Shown: positions 11,107 to 21,675, counted from the stretch's first letter. The stretch: 64,000 bases of DNA from an uncultured Gammaproteobacteria bacterium (GCA_963764725.1 CAVXTM010000011.1:356341-420340), one strand, 5' to 3'. Numbers and translations are program-made. The notes: generated by a model from the sequence alone, not told the origin.

Positions 11107-11682
11107 TCACCAGGCGCGCGACCAGCGATTGCCCTTGTGTTTCTCGTCGCGCAACGAGGCGTCGAGGCCGGCGCGCGCTTCGATCAGCCGGCCGAACAAC
11201 CACAAGAGGTCGGAGAGGCGGTTCAAATAGGCCAGGACGTCCGGGTCAATGTGCTCGCCGGAGTCCATCAGCCGGACCAGATCGCGTTCCGCCCGGCGGC
11301 ACACGGTGCGCGCCACATCGAAGGCCGAAGCGGCCGGATGCTCGCCGGGGAGCGACCAATCGGAGAGCACACCTTCGATGGCCTCGATGCGGTGAACCTG
11401 CTCGGTGAGGTTCTCGACCATCTCGGCGCTGACGGGCGGAGGTTTCTTTCTGTTCCCGACTGGCGTGGCCACCGCCGCGCCGAGCGCGAAAAGCTCGCGC
11501 TGGATCGCCTTGACAAGCTCGCAAACCTCGACGTCATCGCAGATCGAGCGCGCGAATCCCATCACCGAATTCAGCTCGTCGATGCTCCCGTAGGCTTCCA
11601 CGCGCGGCTCGCCCTTCGAGACACGATTACCGCCTATCAGGCTCGTTTGACCGCCGTCACCGCGTTTCGTCGCGATACTCAT
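11107..11682 (-). CDS. Cob(I)alamin adenosyltransferase, PduO type
   Basis: TKRGDGGQT, AYGSIDELNS, ARTVCRRAER, YLNRLSDLLW. Confidence 0.93.
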   Translation of the reverse strand: MSIATKRGDGGQTSLIGGNRVSKGEPRVEAYGSIDELNSVMGFARSICDDVEVCELVKAIQRELFALGAAVATPVGNRKKPPPVSAEMVENLTEQVHRIEAIEGVLSDWSLPGEHPAASAFDVARTVCRRAERDLVRLMDSGEHIDPDVLAYLNRLSDLLWLFGRLIEARAGLDASLRDEKHKGNRWSRAW

Positions 11683-11892
11683 GCGCTGTGCTCCTGGGAC
11701 GATAAGCTCATGAGCAGAATAAGCCCTTGCGAATTGCCAATCCTTCGAGTTGGTAGCCTCATCTCACAATCTCGTATCGGGTCAACCGCAATTTTATGAT
11801 GTTATAACACGCCACAAGGCTTGTCACCCACGCTCTTGGTAGCTGCTTACCACTCCCAAAAAAGCCTACGGGCCCTCTTCAAGGGCGTACGT

Positions 11893-12030
11893 TAAACGTC
11901 CGCGGCATTCATGATCTTTGCATGAGCAACCATGTATTTCAATGCACTTCCAGGGATCCCTTTAACAATGACTTCATGCACGTCGAGCTTCGACGTAATT
12001 GACTTTTTTGATACCTGACCTGGCGTAACG
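11893..12030 (-). pseudogene. Possible remnant of an Xre/MbcA-like antitoxin N-terminus
   Basis: Minus-strand translation SITSKLDVHEVIVKGIPGSALKYMV resembles Xre-type antitoxin starts (from recall only). AT-rich, next to the ISL3. Confidence 0.35.
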
Positions 12031-12084
12031 TACATAGATCGGGGTCAGGGATCCGTTGAGAAATGGCATTGGATTTTTTATTCT

Positions 12085-13467
12085 GGGTCTTCGTGAAAAC
12101 GTGTGGGTAATTTTGTTTCCATGATCACGCTGCAAGGCTTGCTCCGCAAGGGATTACGCCCGGTTGAAGGGACGGTAATTTCTGGCATGCTGTGGCGATG
12201 GCTACCCAACGCAAACGCTCTCGTCGTCTCACCGACACATACGCCTTTGACGGCTTTCGTCCACAAGCAACGGTACGCGGGGTTTTCGGGGAACCGAAGG
12301 TCCGCATCGTCACGCTCGTACGACGCTCAAAAAAACACGCTGTGGAGTCTGCGGTACGTTGCATCGCGGTTGGTACGACAAGAAGCTGCGGCAGGTTCGA
12401 GATCTCTCCTGCGGGGATACGCACGTGCGGCTGGAGTTGGAGGTCCGGCGTGTGGATTGCCGGCAGTGCGGCAAGGTGAAGCGCGAGCGTCTGGACTTTC
12501 TGGCCGACAACCCTTTCTACACCAAGCGCTTTGCTTTCTACGTCGGGCGGCGCTGCCGCACGAGCACCATCAAGGCGGTGGCCGATGAGTTGGATCTCGA
12601 CTGGCAGACGGTCAAGGAGTTGGACAAGCAATACATGGGTGCGCAGCTTGCACGGGCTGGCCGGCCAGGACCTGCGGTTATCGGCATCGATGAGATCGCC
12701 ATCCGCAAAGGTCACACCTATCGCATCGTGGTCAGCGATCTCCTCCGTGGCCGACCGATCTGGTTTGGCGGGACTGACCGCTCTCAGGCCAGCATGGACG
12801 AATTCTTCAAATGGCTGGGGCCGCGTAAAACCAAGGGGGTGCGCTTGGCTGTGATGGATATGTGGAAGCCGTTTCGCAACAGCACCAGAGAACAAGCGCC
12901 CCAGGCGGCCATCCTGTTCGACAAATTTCACGTGACGCGTCATCTGGGCGAAGCGCTCGATAAGGTCCGCAAGGGGGAGTACGCCCGACTCAGCGGCGAG
13001 AAACGTACCTACATCAAGGGCCAAAAATATACCCTGCTCTCCCGGCGGGAGAATCTGACCCTCGATGGTCGAGCTGCCTTGAAGAGGCTCCTCGCCGCCA
13101 ACAAGCGGCTGAACACTGCTTATCTGCTCAAGGAATCTTTCGGCCAATTGTGGAGCTACGAGCGTGAAGCGTGGGCGCGACGTTTCTTCGAGAACTGGCG
13201 TAACGCGCTTAAATGGCAGCGTCTGAAACCGTACGAGAAATTCGCCGAGATGATCGAGCGCCATTGGGATGGGATCGCTGCTTATTGCAAACCAGAGAAC
13301 AAGATCTCTCTCGGATTCGTCGAAGGACTCAACAACAAGATCCGCGTCATCCAGCGCCGCGCCTACGGACTCCGCGACGAGGATTACCTGCGCCTCAAGG
13401 TGCTTACCTGCATGCTGCCGGTACTGTGAAAACACCATTTTCTACCCACTCACTTTCACGATGAGCC
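12085..13467 (+). mobile_element. ISL3-family insertion sequence
   Basis: Imperfect TIRs (gggtcttcgtgaaaacgtgtgggta; right end reverse complement ggctcatcgtgaaagtgagtgggta) and 8-bp TSD TTTATTCT at 12077-12084 and 13468-13475. Confidence 0.95.
12198..13429 (+). CDS. ISL3 transposase (two overlapping frames, A7 run near 12328)
   Basis: Zn-finger CRQC, GIDE, MDMWKPF, DKFHV, EGLNNKI..IQRRAYG; a short upstream ORF overlaps at the A-run. Confidence 0.92.
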
Positions 13468-13601
13468 TTTATTCTCTTACGCTTCTCTTTCCAAACAACG
13501 GATTTGCCATGGCTGGGAATTTCAAACACGACGTTTTCTTCTCTTTGCAACAGCAAGGACAAGCCGGCAGTGGGTGAATTGAAGCGGCTGCTGTAGGGCT
13601 C

Positions 13602-15410
13602 ATGGCGCTTCTCACCCTCCTCGACGCGGAGCTCGCTTACGGACTGCATCCTCTGCTCGATCGCGCCGGCCTCACGGTGCTGGAAGGCGAGCGCATCGGA
13701 CTCATCGGCCGCAATGGAACCGGCAAGTCGTCGCTCCTGAAAGTAATCGCCGGACTCGCGGCGCTGGATGACGGCGAGCTCAAGCGCCGGGACAGCCTGC
13801 GCGTGGTGCTCGTCGAGCAGGAGCCTGAACTGCCGCTCGCCTTGTCCCTGCGCGGAAGCCTCGCCATCCGCGGCGAGCTCAACCACATCCACGACGAGCG
13901 CGAGCGTTGGCGCCTGGAAGCCCGGCTCGTGGCGTATCTGCATCGCTTTGGCCTCGATCCGGCGCAAGCGCCCGACACCACTTCGGGTGGCGAATCTAAG
14001 CGGGCGGCACTTGCGCTCGCCTTCGCGCGCCAACCCGATCTGCTGCTGCTCGATGAGCCGACCAATCATCTCGATATCGACGGCATCACCTTGCTCGAAG
14101 ACCTGGTGCTGAAGAGTCCGGCCGCTATCGTCATCACGCACGACCGCGCGTTTCTCGATCGTGTGGTCAATCGCATCGTTGAGCTCGACCGCGGGCTCCT
14201 GCGCTCCTACCCCGGGAACTTTGCGGCGTATGAGAGCCGCAAGGCCGATCAGCTCGCAACCGAAAGCATCGCCCATCGCAAGTTCGACAAATTCTGGGCG
14301 CAAGAAGAGGTCTGGATCCGCAGGGGCATCAAGGCACGCCGTACCCGCAACGAAGGTCGTGTGCGCCGGCTCGAACAACTGCGGCGCGAGCGCGCGGCCC
14401 GGCGCCAGCGTCTCGGCACTGTCAAACTCACGCTCGCTGCGGGCGAGCGCTCGGGCAAGCTGGTGGCGGAACTGGCCGGTGTCAGCAAACGCTTCTGCGA
14501 GAGAACGATCGTTCAGGACCTGTCACTGCATATCCAGCGGGGCGATCGCCTGGGACTCATTGGACCGAATGGTGCCGGCAAATCCACACTGCTCAAGCTC
14601 ATGCTCGGCCAATTGACACCGGACGCCGGCGAAGTGAGACTGGGCATCAACCTACAGGTGGCGTACTTCGATCAGATGCGCGAGCAGCTCGATTCCGAGC
14701 GCACGCTGCTCGACAGCATCAGCCCCGGCTCCGACTGGGTGCAGATCGGCGCCCAACGCAAGCACGTGATGACTTACCTTGCCGACTTTCTGTTTCCGGC
14801 GCAACGCGCCCAGGCACCCGTGAAAATGCTCTCCGGCGGTGAGCGCAACCGCTTGCTGCTCGCGCGCCTCTTCGCACGTCCCGCCAACGTGCTGGTGCTC
14901 GACGAACCGACCAACGACCTGGACATCGAATCGCTTGAGCTGCTTGAAGACACGCTGCAGAGCTACCCGGGGACGCTGCTCCTTGTGAGTCACGACCGTG
15001 CCTTTCTCGACAATGTGGTTACGCAGACGCTCGTGGCCGAGCGCAACGGCAAGTGGCAGGAATATGCCGGCGGCTACAGCGATTGGCTCAGCCAGCGGCC
15101 CGTGCCCTCCGTTCCCTCTCCGGCCTTGGTGGGAGAGGGCCGGGAGAGCGCTGGGGCGAGGGCGAATGCCTCACGCGTCAAGCTGAGCTACAAAGAAGCC
15201 CGCGAGCTCGAACAGCTCCCCGCCGAGATCGAAGCGCTCGAGCGCGAGCAGCACGAGCTTACCGCGGGTATGAGTCGTGCCGATTACCACAAGCGAGGCG
15301 GCGAACAGATCAAGGCCGATCGCAAGCGGTCCGAAGAGATCGAACGGCACCTGGCGGAAAGGTTCGAGCGGTGGACGAAGCTCGACGAGAAGGCCGCAAA
15401 GCACCGGTAG
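13602..15410 (+). CDS. uup: ABC-F family ATPase Uup
   Basis: Two ABC domains (GRNGTGKS, GPNGAGKS), EEVWIRRGIKARRTRNEGRVR linker, KLSYKE coiled-coil tail. Confidence 0.93.
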   Translation: MALLTLLDAELAYGLHPLLDRAGLTVLEGERIGLIGRNGTGKSSLLKVIAGLAALDDGELKRRDSLRVVLVEQEPELPLALSLRGSLAIRGELNHIHDERERWRLEARLVAYLHRFGLDPAQAPDTTSGGESKRAALALAFARQPDLLLLDEPTNHLDIDGITLLEDLVLKSPAAIVITHDRAFLDRVVNRIVELDRGLLRSYPGNFAAYESRKADQLATESIAHRKFDKFWAQEEVWIRRGIKARRTRNEGRVRRLEQLRRERAARRQRLGTVKLTLAAGERSGKLVAELAGVSKRFCERTIVQDLSLHIQRGDRLGLIGPNGAGKSTLLKLMLGQLTPDAGEVRLGINLQVAYFDQMREQLDSERTLLDSISPGSDWVQIGAQRKHVMTYLADFLFPAQRAQAPVKMLSGGERNRLLLARLFARPANVLVLDEPTNDLDIESLELLEDTLQSYPGTLLLVSHDRAFLDNVVTQTLVAERNGKWQEYAGGYSDWLSQRPVPSVPSPALVGEGRESAGARANASRVKLSYKEARELEQLPAEIEALEREQHELTAGMSRADYHKRGGEQIKADRKRSEEIERHLAERFERWTKLDEKAAKHR

Positions 15411-15522
15411 AACCCCTAATGGCCGCGGTGCTTTCCGAGACTTGACACCCTCCCAAGAAGGGCGTAGATGTTGCGGTTGCGCGGGGAATTTCGGTAGGTT
15501 TAGGCCGAACAAGGAGGGACTT

Positions 15523-15973
15523 ATGAAACAACCATCCGTCAGTTCCATCGCGGACCCATGCCCTCCCCGCCGGCAGCCCGGCATCGGTCAGAGCCCCGCG
15601 AATAGCGGGCTGCCGGCCCACGGACCAGCGCGGCGTGACCCGCCCGCAAGGGGCGGCTTGCGACATCGGTGCTTTTGAGAAGGGTCCGCCCGTGCGATGC
15701 GGTGGGCGGCTAGCGAGAATACTCGGCACCGTAGGGAATGATAGTCTTCTCTCGGGCACCCCGGGACCCGATGTCATCCATGGGCTCGCCGGGCGCGATA
15801 CTATCGATGGGCTCGAGGGCAACGATATCATCTGCGGCGGTACGGGAGACGATGAGCTCTTCGGAGCCAGCGGCGCGGATAGACTCAACGGCGGTAGCGG
15901 CACCGACATCTGTAGGGGCGGGAGCGGTACCGATACTGGGGTCAGCTGCGAGACGGCGACCAGCATCCCGTAA
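15523..15973 (+). pseudogene. Internally deleted copy of the downstream secreted-protein gene (start codon plus 3' end)
   Basis: RBS aaggagg plus ATG 15523 (MKQPSVSSIADP) joined through CGCGGACCC to a near-identical copy of 17322-17777. Confidence 0.85.
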
Positions 15974-16002
15974 CCGGCGCTGTCGGATAGAACCCCTAAT
16001 TC

Positions 16003-17746
16003 GAACAACCATCCGTCAATTCCACCGCGGACCCCGAGATACGGGTCCGATTTCAATCCCAACTCGCCGAAGCCCGTGAGACCCCCGTACTGAGTCGCCT
16101 GCTGAGACGCCCGACAGCGGATCTCTATCCTCGCTATTCGGGCTACTATCGGCAGCTATGCCAGTTGCCGCGCCGGGTGCGGCGGCAGTTGCAACGCCAA
16201 TGGCGGCGCTCGCTCTCCGCCATCGCCCTGCTCCTCGCCTTAGGGCAGGCGCCGGCGCTGGCCGCGACCATCAATGTCGATGGCACGAACTGTACCCTGG
16301 CAGAGGCCATCCGCTCGGCCAATACCAACACTGCCGTGGGTGGCTGCACCAAAGGCAGCGGTGCCGACACGATCGTGTTGCCAATCGGGAGCACGCAGTC
16401 GCTCACGGCGGTCGAACAACACCACCCTTGGTCCCACGGGACTGCCGGTCATCAGATCGACCGTCACCATCCGGGGCCGTAATAGCACGATCCGGCGGGA
16501 GAGTAGCGCGCCAGAGTTTCGTATTCTGGCCGTGGCCGGCAGCGGGAACCTGACGCTCCATAGCATCACGGTGAGCGGGGGAAGCGCGGGCTTTTATCTC
16601 CCTGGCGGCGGCGACGGCGTGTTTAACAGCGGCACCCTGACTCTGACCAACAGCAGAGTCTCGGGTAACTCCGGTTTCTACGGCGGCGCGTTGTACAACG
16701 GTGGCACGCTAACCCTGACCCACAGCACGGTCTCGGGTAATGGCACCTTTCCCGGGTACGGTGTCGGCATGCGCAACATAGGTACGGCCACCCTGACCCA
16801 TAGCACCGTCTCGGATAACTCCGGCACCGGCGTGTCGAACAGCGGCACCCTCACCCTGATCAACACCACGGTTTCGGGTAATAGAAGTATTCCGGTCAAC
16901 GGCGGCATCTTTAACAGCGGCACCCTGACTCTGACCAACAGCACCGTCTCGGGAAATTCCGGAGGCGGTTGCGGCCGCTGTGCTGGTGTCGGCGGCATCC
17001 ACAACCGCGGCACCCTGACACTGACCAACAGCACCGTTTCGGGTAACACCGGTGATTATGGCGGCGGCGTGTACAACGATGGAGGCACCCTCACCCTGGC
17101 CCGCACATTGATCTCGGGCAACCGGCAATGCTACCTGGGTTATTGCAGCCCGAGCGGCGAGGTTGAGAATTTTGGAGGAACCGTCGTCACCAACAACCAC
17201 AATCTCTTTGGCCACGACGGGGACGCCGGCGTAGCAGGCTTCAACCCCGGCCCCACCGACATCGTGCCGAACGCGGCCCTCAACGCCATCCTCAGACCGC
17301 TCGCCGACAACGGCGGGCCGACGCGGACCCATGCCCTTCCCGTCGGCAGTCGGGCACTCAATGCGAGCCCCGCCAATAGCGGCTGCCGGCCCACGGATCA
17401 GCGCGGGGTGACCCGCCCGCAAGGGGCGGCTTGCGACATCGGTGCTTTTGAGAAGGGTCCGCCCGTGCGATGCGGTGGGCGGCTAGCGAGAATACTCGGC
17501 ACCGTAGGGAATGATAGTCTTCTCTCGGGCACCCCGGGACCCGATGTCATCCATGGGCTCGCCGGGCGCGATACTATCGATGGGCTCGAGGGCAACGATA
17601 TCATTTGCGGCGGTACGGGAGGCGATGAGCTCTTCGGAGGCACCGGCGCGGATGCGCTCAACGGTGGTAGCGGCACCGACATCTGTAGGGGCGGGAGCGG
17701 TACCGATACTGGGGTCAGCTGCGAGACGGCGACCAGCATCCCGTAA
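16003..17746 (+). CDS. Secreted beta-helix repeat protein (choice-of-anchor Q-like) with RTX-like Ca-binding tail; lacks its own ATG, frameshift near 16414
   Basis: Signal peptide ALLLALGQAPALAATI, repeated GTLTLTNSTVSGN, LADNGGPTRTHAL, DQRGVTRPQGAACDIGAFE, GGTGGDELFGG. Confidence 0.82.
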
Positions 17747-17768
17747 CCGGCGCTGTGGGATAGAACCC

Positions 17769-19100
17769 CTAATTCGATTTTAAGGATTCGATCGTGGTTT
17801 CTGCGGGTGGCGGTGTGATGCGATCGCCGGGAAAATCGCAGCGAAACGTACTGCCTTTCCCGACGGTGCTGTCGATGTGCAAGCGCGCCTGGTGCCGCTT
17901 TAGCACGTGATTCACGATGGCCAGGCCGAGGCCGGTGCCGCCGCTCTCGCGCGAGCGGCCCTGATCGACTCGGTAAAACCGCTCCGTCAACCGCGGCAGG
18001 TGTTGGGGCGGGATCCCGATCCCGGTATCGCTCACCTCGAAATGCGCCCCCGAGGCGTCTTTATACCAGCGGATGCGGATCACCCCGCCGTCAGGCGTAT
18101 AACGAATTGCATTCACGACCAGGTTCGAAAAGGCGCTGTGCAATTCGTGTCTTGCCCCGAAGATGCTTAGCGCCGGATCGATCTCGAGCGAGAACAGGTG
18201 GCGCGGTTTTCCTGCGAGCGCCTGCGCCTCTTGATAAATAGTGCCGATGAGCTCGGGCACCTGTACGGGCCGCGCGTCCGCGATCTTATCGGATTGTCCC
18301 AGCCGCGAGAGCAACAGCAGATCCTCAATGATGCTTTGCATTCTTAAGGTTTGCGTCTCAAGCTGCGCTAAGATCGGTCGCCAGGCCTCGGGGCAGCGAT
18401 CCGGATCATCGACCAAAGTTTCGAGATAGCCTCGAATGACCGTCACCGGCGTGCGCAGCTCGTGGGACACGTTGGCTACGAAATCCCGGCGCACTTGCTC
18501 GAGGCGGTGCAGGCGGGTGATGTCGCGCGCGGTTAAGAGGTGCTGGTCCGCCCCGAAGGGCACGATGCTGATGCTGAGTATACGCTCGGCGCCGAGCGGC
18601 GAGGGGATCTCCGCGGTGCGAGTCAAACCGGTATCGTGGTTTTCGTTGAGCAGGGCGGTGAACGTCGGATCCCGCACCAGATTGGTGATCCGTTGCCGCC
18701 AGTCTTGCGGCCACTGGATCCCGAGCAGGTTTTCGGCCGCGGGGTTGGCCCATTCGATCTGGTCGTTCGTTCCCAGCACGACAGCGGCATCCGGTAGGGC
18801 GGTGGTGGCGTGCCGGAATTGCTTAAGGTAACCGGAAAGCTTCTTTTTGCGCTTCTTTTCGCGATTGCCCAGAACGTCCACTGCACGGCAGATATCCTCG
18901 AGGAGCCCCGGAGAATCGGGCGCGGGATGATGTTTGCGATGCGGGATCCAAAACCGGAGCTGCACGAGCCGGCGGTAGTGCCACACGCAGTATCCCAGCG
19001 TCCCGAGCCAGAGGGCGAGGAAAAATTGATCGATGAGGGCGCCGATGATCCCGGAGACTACCGAGACCCCCAAGAATCGCCACAAGTCCGGACGCATCAC
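17769..19100 (-). CDS. phoR: Phosphate regulon sensor kinase
   Basis: N-terminal TMs, PAS, RRDFVANVSHELRTP, RLTERFYRVD, GGTGLGLAIV; downstream of phoB. Confidence 0.94.
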   Translation of the reverse strand: MMRPDLWRFLGVSVVSGIIGALIDQFFLALWLGTLGYCVWHYRRLVQLRFWIPHRKHHPAPDSPGLLEDICRAVDVLGNREKKRKKKLSGYLKQFRHATTALPDAAVVLGTNDQIEWANPAAENLLGIQWPQDWRQRITNLVRDPTFTALLNENHDTGLTRTAEIPSPLGAERILSISIVPFGADQHLLTARDITRLHRLEQVRRDFVANVSHELRTPVTVIRGYLETLVDDPDRCPEAWRPILAQLETQTLRMQSIIEDLLLLSRLGQSDKIADARPVQVPELIGTIYQEAQALAGKPRHLFSLEIDPALSIFGARHELHSAFSNLVVNAIRYTPDGGVIRIRWYKDASGAHFEVSDTGIGIPPQHLPRLTERFYRVDQGRSRESGGTGLGLAIVNHVLKRHQARLHIDSTVGKGSTFRCDFPGDRITPPPAETTIESLKSN

Positions 19101-19125
19101 GGGCGGGCGGGACGGTAGAATCCCC

Positions 19126-19818
19126 TTATTGGGCCGAGAACCGGTAGCCGACGCTGCGCACGGTTTGAATCAAGCGATCGTATCCGTGCGGCCCCATGAT
19201 TTTTCGCAACCGCCGGATATGCACGTCCACGGTGCGTTCCTCGATGTAGATGTTGTTTCCCCACACCTGATCGAGCAACTGGCCGCGGGTGTAAACCCGT
19301 TCGGGATGCGAAATAAAAAAGTGCAGCAGCCGAAATTCGGTCGGGCTGAGCTGCAAAGAGGTTTCTCGCGCCGTAACCCGATGCGTTCTAACGTCGAGCC
19401 GCAGGCCCTCGACCTCGATCGCATCCCGTGTTTCTTCCTGGGCCGTGCGCCTGAGCACGGCCTTGATGCGGGCGACCAGCTCGCGGGTGGAAAAGGGCTT
19501 GGTGACATAATCGTCGGCGCCGACGTCGAGGGCGCGCACCTTATCCGCCTCCTCGCCGCGCGCCGTGAGCATGATGATGGGGATGGCGCGGGTGCGTGCT
19601 TCGCGCTTGAGCCGCCGCGCGAGGTCAACGCCGCTCACCCCCGGGAGCATCCAGTCCAATAACACGAGACCGGGTACGCCGGCGGCGATCGCAGTTTCGG
19701 CCTTTTCAGCATCCGCGGCTTCGATGCACTCGAAGCCAGCTCCCGAAAGCGCCAACCCGAGCATCTGCCGGAGCGCCGGCTCATCATCGACGATCAGGAT
19801 CTTTTCCGTCATAGGCAT
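19126..19818 (-). CDS. phoB: Phosphate regulon response regulator
   Basis: LLDWMLPG, IIMLTARGEE, PTEFRLLHFF, QLLDQVWG, ERTVDVHIRRLRK. Confidence 0.95.
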   Translation of the reverse strand: MPMTEKILIVDDEPALRQMLGLALSGAGFECIEAADAEKAETAIAAGVPGLVLLDWMLPGVSGVDLARRLKREARTRAIPIIMLTARGEEADKVRALDVGADDYVTKPFSTRELVARIKAVLRRTAQEETRDAIEVEGLRLDVRTHRVTARETSLQLSPTEFRLLHFFISHPERVYTRGQLLDQVWGNNIYIEERTVDVHIRRLRKIMGPHGYDRLIQTVRSVGYRFSAQ

Positions 19819-19840
19819 TGCCGTCAAAGATTACCGCGTA

Positions 19841-19958
19841 AATCAATTTTACTTCGCGGGCGGTGTTTATGAACCCCGCCCGTGACCAAAGGGGAGAGTT
19901 GCACTACTCCGCTATGGAAACCCCATTGCTAAGTGCCCGCCGTAAACGGCGGGTATTC
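19841..19958 (+). repeat. ~115-bp multi-hairpin repeat, copy 2
   Basis: Homologous to 9833-9945; lies between the phoB start and its putative Pho box. Confidence 0.9.
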
Positions 19959-19977
19959 ACAATTAAAAGTCAATCGC

Positions 19978-19995
19978 ATTACAGGAGTGTGACCG
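19978..19995 (-). promoter_or_regulatory. Putative Pho box for phoB
   Basis: Minus strand CGGTCAC-actc-CTGTAAT, half-sites at 11-bp period resembling CTGTCAT. Confidence 0.55.
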
Positions 19996-20025
19996 CTCAT
20001 TCGCGCGCCCGCCGGGCGCTTGGTC

Positions 20026-20065
20026 CTGTCACACAACCGTCATCATACCGTCACTGAATAGAAAT
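20026..20065 (+). promoter_or_regulatory. Pho box array upstream of the phosphate porin
   Basis: CTGTCAC, CCGTCAT, CCGTCAC at exact 11-bp period (20026, 20037, 20048). Confidence 0.85.
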
Positions 20066-20140
20066 ATTGAAACCTTACGATTCCCCGAGTCCGCGCCTGC
20101 TAGGGGCCTAAAAATCCATAATTATCGGGAGGAATACCCA

Positions 20141-21556
20141 GTGAATAGACGGTTGATTGCATTGTCGGGACTGACGCTCGCGGCCAGCGCCGTGTTTTTC
20201 GCGCCCCGTGCTGATGCGGCCAACGACGCCATGGTCGAGTTGCTCAAGGTACTGAAAGACCAGGGCACGATCACCCCGGAGGCCTATGAACAGCTCAAGG
20301 GTGCTGCCCAGGCCGATGACGAACAGAACACGGCCGGCCAGTCCGAGATCAAGCAGGCTGCCGAGACCCTGCCCAAGATCGAGACCAAGGACAAATTCGA
20401 GGTCGCATCACCCGATGGGGCCTTCAAGTGGAGATTCGGCGGGCGCCTCCACACGGATGCGGCTTTCTACAACAACGATACGGGATCCGGCGACACCACG
20501 ACCCTCTCCAGCGGCGTCGACATCCGGCGCGCCCGCTTGGCCGTGGAGGCGACCTTGTATCGCCACTGGCAGCTCAAGTTCGAGTACGACTTTGCGGGCA
20601 ACGACACTGACGTCGATGAAGGTATACGGGATGCCTATCTCCGCTATCTCTGGACGGCGGGTTGGCCTCTTTCTATCACCGTGGGCCAGTTCAAAGAGTA
20701 CCTCGGGCTCGAGAGTATCACGAGCTCCAACGACATCACTTTCATGGAGCGGGCCTTGCCCTCCCGGACGTTCAACGATATCGCCGGGGGCAGCGACGGG
20801 CGCCGGATCGGCGTGGGGGTACAGACCTATGGCAACGATCTCTGGACGGCCTCGGCGGGGATCTTTGGCCCCAACGCCGCGGGAACCACCGGCGACAACG
20901 AGGACGCCGAAGACGCGTCCGATCCGATCACCTTCGTCGGGCGCCTCACCTTGTCGCCCGTCCATACGGAGAATCGCGCCGTGCACCTCGGCTTTTCCGG
21001 CTCTTGGCTGAACCCCGACGATACCGACCTGGTACGGTACCGCCAGCGGCCCGAGATGCGGGTCGGCGCCGACCGCCTGGTCAACACGGGCAACCTCGCT
21101 ACCGACGACGTGAACCGTTTCGGCGCCGAGGCCGCCGGGGTCTATGGGCCCTTCTCGCTCCAGTGGGAGTACCTGTGGGCCACCCAGTCGGGGACCGATG
21201 TCAACCCGGATCTCGCTTTCAATGGCTGGTACATCTTTGGTAGCTGGATCGTCACGGGAGAATCCCGCCTCTATGATTTTCAGGAAGGGAGGTTTAAGAA
21301 TCCGAAACCGAAGGGCATAGTCGGCAAGGGGGGCATCGGGGCCTGGGAGCTTGCGGCGCGCTACAGCACCCTCGACCTGAACGACGAGACAGTCGACGGT
21401 GGCGAGGAGGATAACTTCACCTTCGGAGTCAACTGGTACCCGACCCCCAACTTCAGGTTCATGGCCAACTACGTGAAGGTCCTGGACCTCAAGGGCGGCG
21501 ATTTCGACGGGGCCGAGCCCGATGCCTTCATGCTCCGCGCCCAGGCCTACTGGTAG
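20141..21556 (+). CDS. OprO/OprP-family phosphate-selective porin
   Basis: Signal peptide, IRRARL, VGQFKE, FMERA, GAWELAARYS, GVNWY, terminal aromatic residue; Pho-box context. Confidence 0.9.
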   Translation: MNRRLIALSGLTLAASAVFFAPRADAANDAMVELLKVLKDQGTITPEAYEQLKGAAQADDEQNTAGQSEIKQAAETLPKIETKDKFEVASPDGAFKWRFGGRLHTDAAFYNNDTGSGDTTTLSSGVDIRRARLAVEATLYRHWQLKFEYDFAGNDTDVDEGIRDAYLRYLWTAGWPLSITVGQFKEYLGLESITSSNDITFMERALPSRTFNDIAGGSDGRRIGVGVQTYGNDLWTASAGIFGPNAAGTTGDNEDAEDASDPITFVGRLTLSPVHTENRAVHLGFSGSWLNPDDTDLVRYRQRPEMRVGADRLVNTGNLATDDVNRFGAEAAGVYGPFSLQWEYLWATQSGTDVNPDLAFNGWYIFGSWIVTGESRLYDFQEGRFKNPKPKGIVGKGGIGAWELAARYSTLDLNDETVDGGEEDNFTFGVNWYPTPNFRFMANYVKVLDLKGGDFDGAEPDAFMLRAQAYW

Positions 21557-21595
21557 GCCGTTGCCTCGATCGGCAAACCGCTTCCCCCGAACCTT

Positions 21596-21625
21596 GGCCC
21601 CACCCTCACGGGTGGGGCGTTTTTG
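21596..21625 (+). terminator. Intrinsic terminator after the porin
   Basis: gccccaccc-tcac-gggtggggc followed by gttttt; copies recur near 25670 and 27950. Confidence 0.85.
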
Positions 21626-21675
21626 GCGGGTGTTCCGCAGGCTGCGCGGCTTACCTGAGAGCTAGGAATCGGGCC

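Larger units (their letters stand above)
15408..17773. repeat. Insert bounded by 13-bp direct repeat TAGAACCCCTAAT (third copy internal)
   Basis: Copies at 15408-15420 (includes the uup stop), 15988-16000 and 17761-17773 (overlaps the phoR stop). Confidence 0.85.

Noticed and set aside
12125-13438. 437-aa minus-strand ORF and other long antisense ORFs (e.g. 13404-14378, 38484-39578, 51556-52596)
   Set aside because: Shadow ORFs opposite well-supported genes, expected in GC-rich DNA, with no recognisable motifs.
16620-17120. CRISPR-like periodic repeats (aacagcggcaccctgactctgaccaacagc)
   Set aside because: They are in-frame coding repeats (GTLTLTNSTVSGN) of a beta-helix protein, degenerate and irregularly spaced; no cas genes are present.
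15549-17777. Diversity-generating retroelement TR/VR pair
   Set aside because: Differences between the copies are not adenine-specific and there is no reverse transcriptase in the window.
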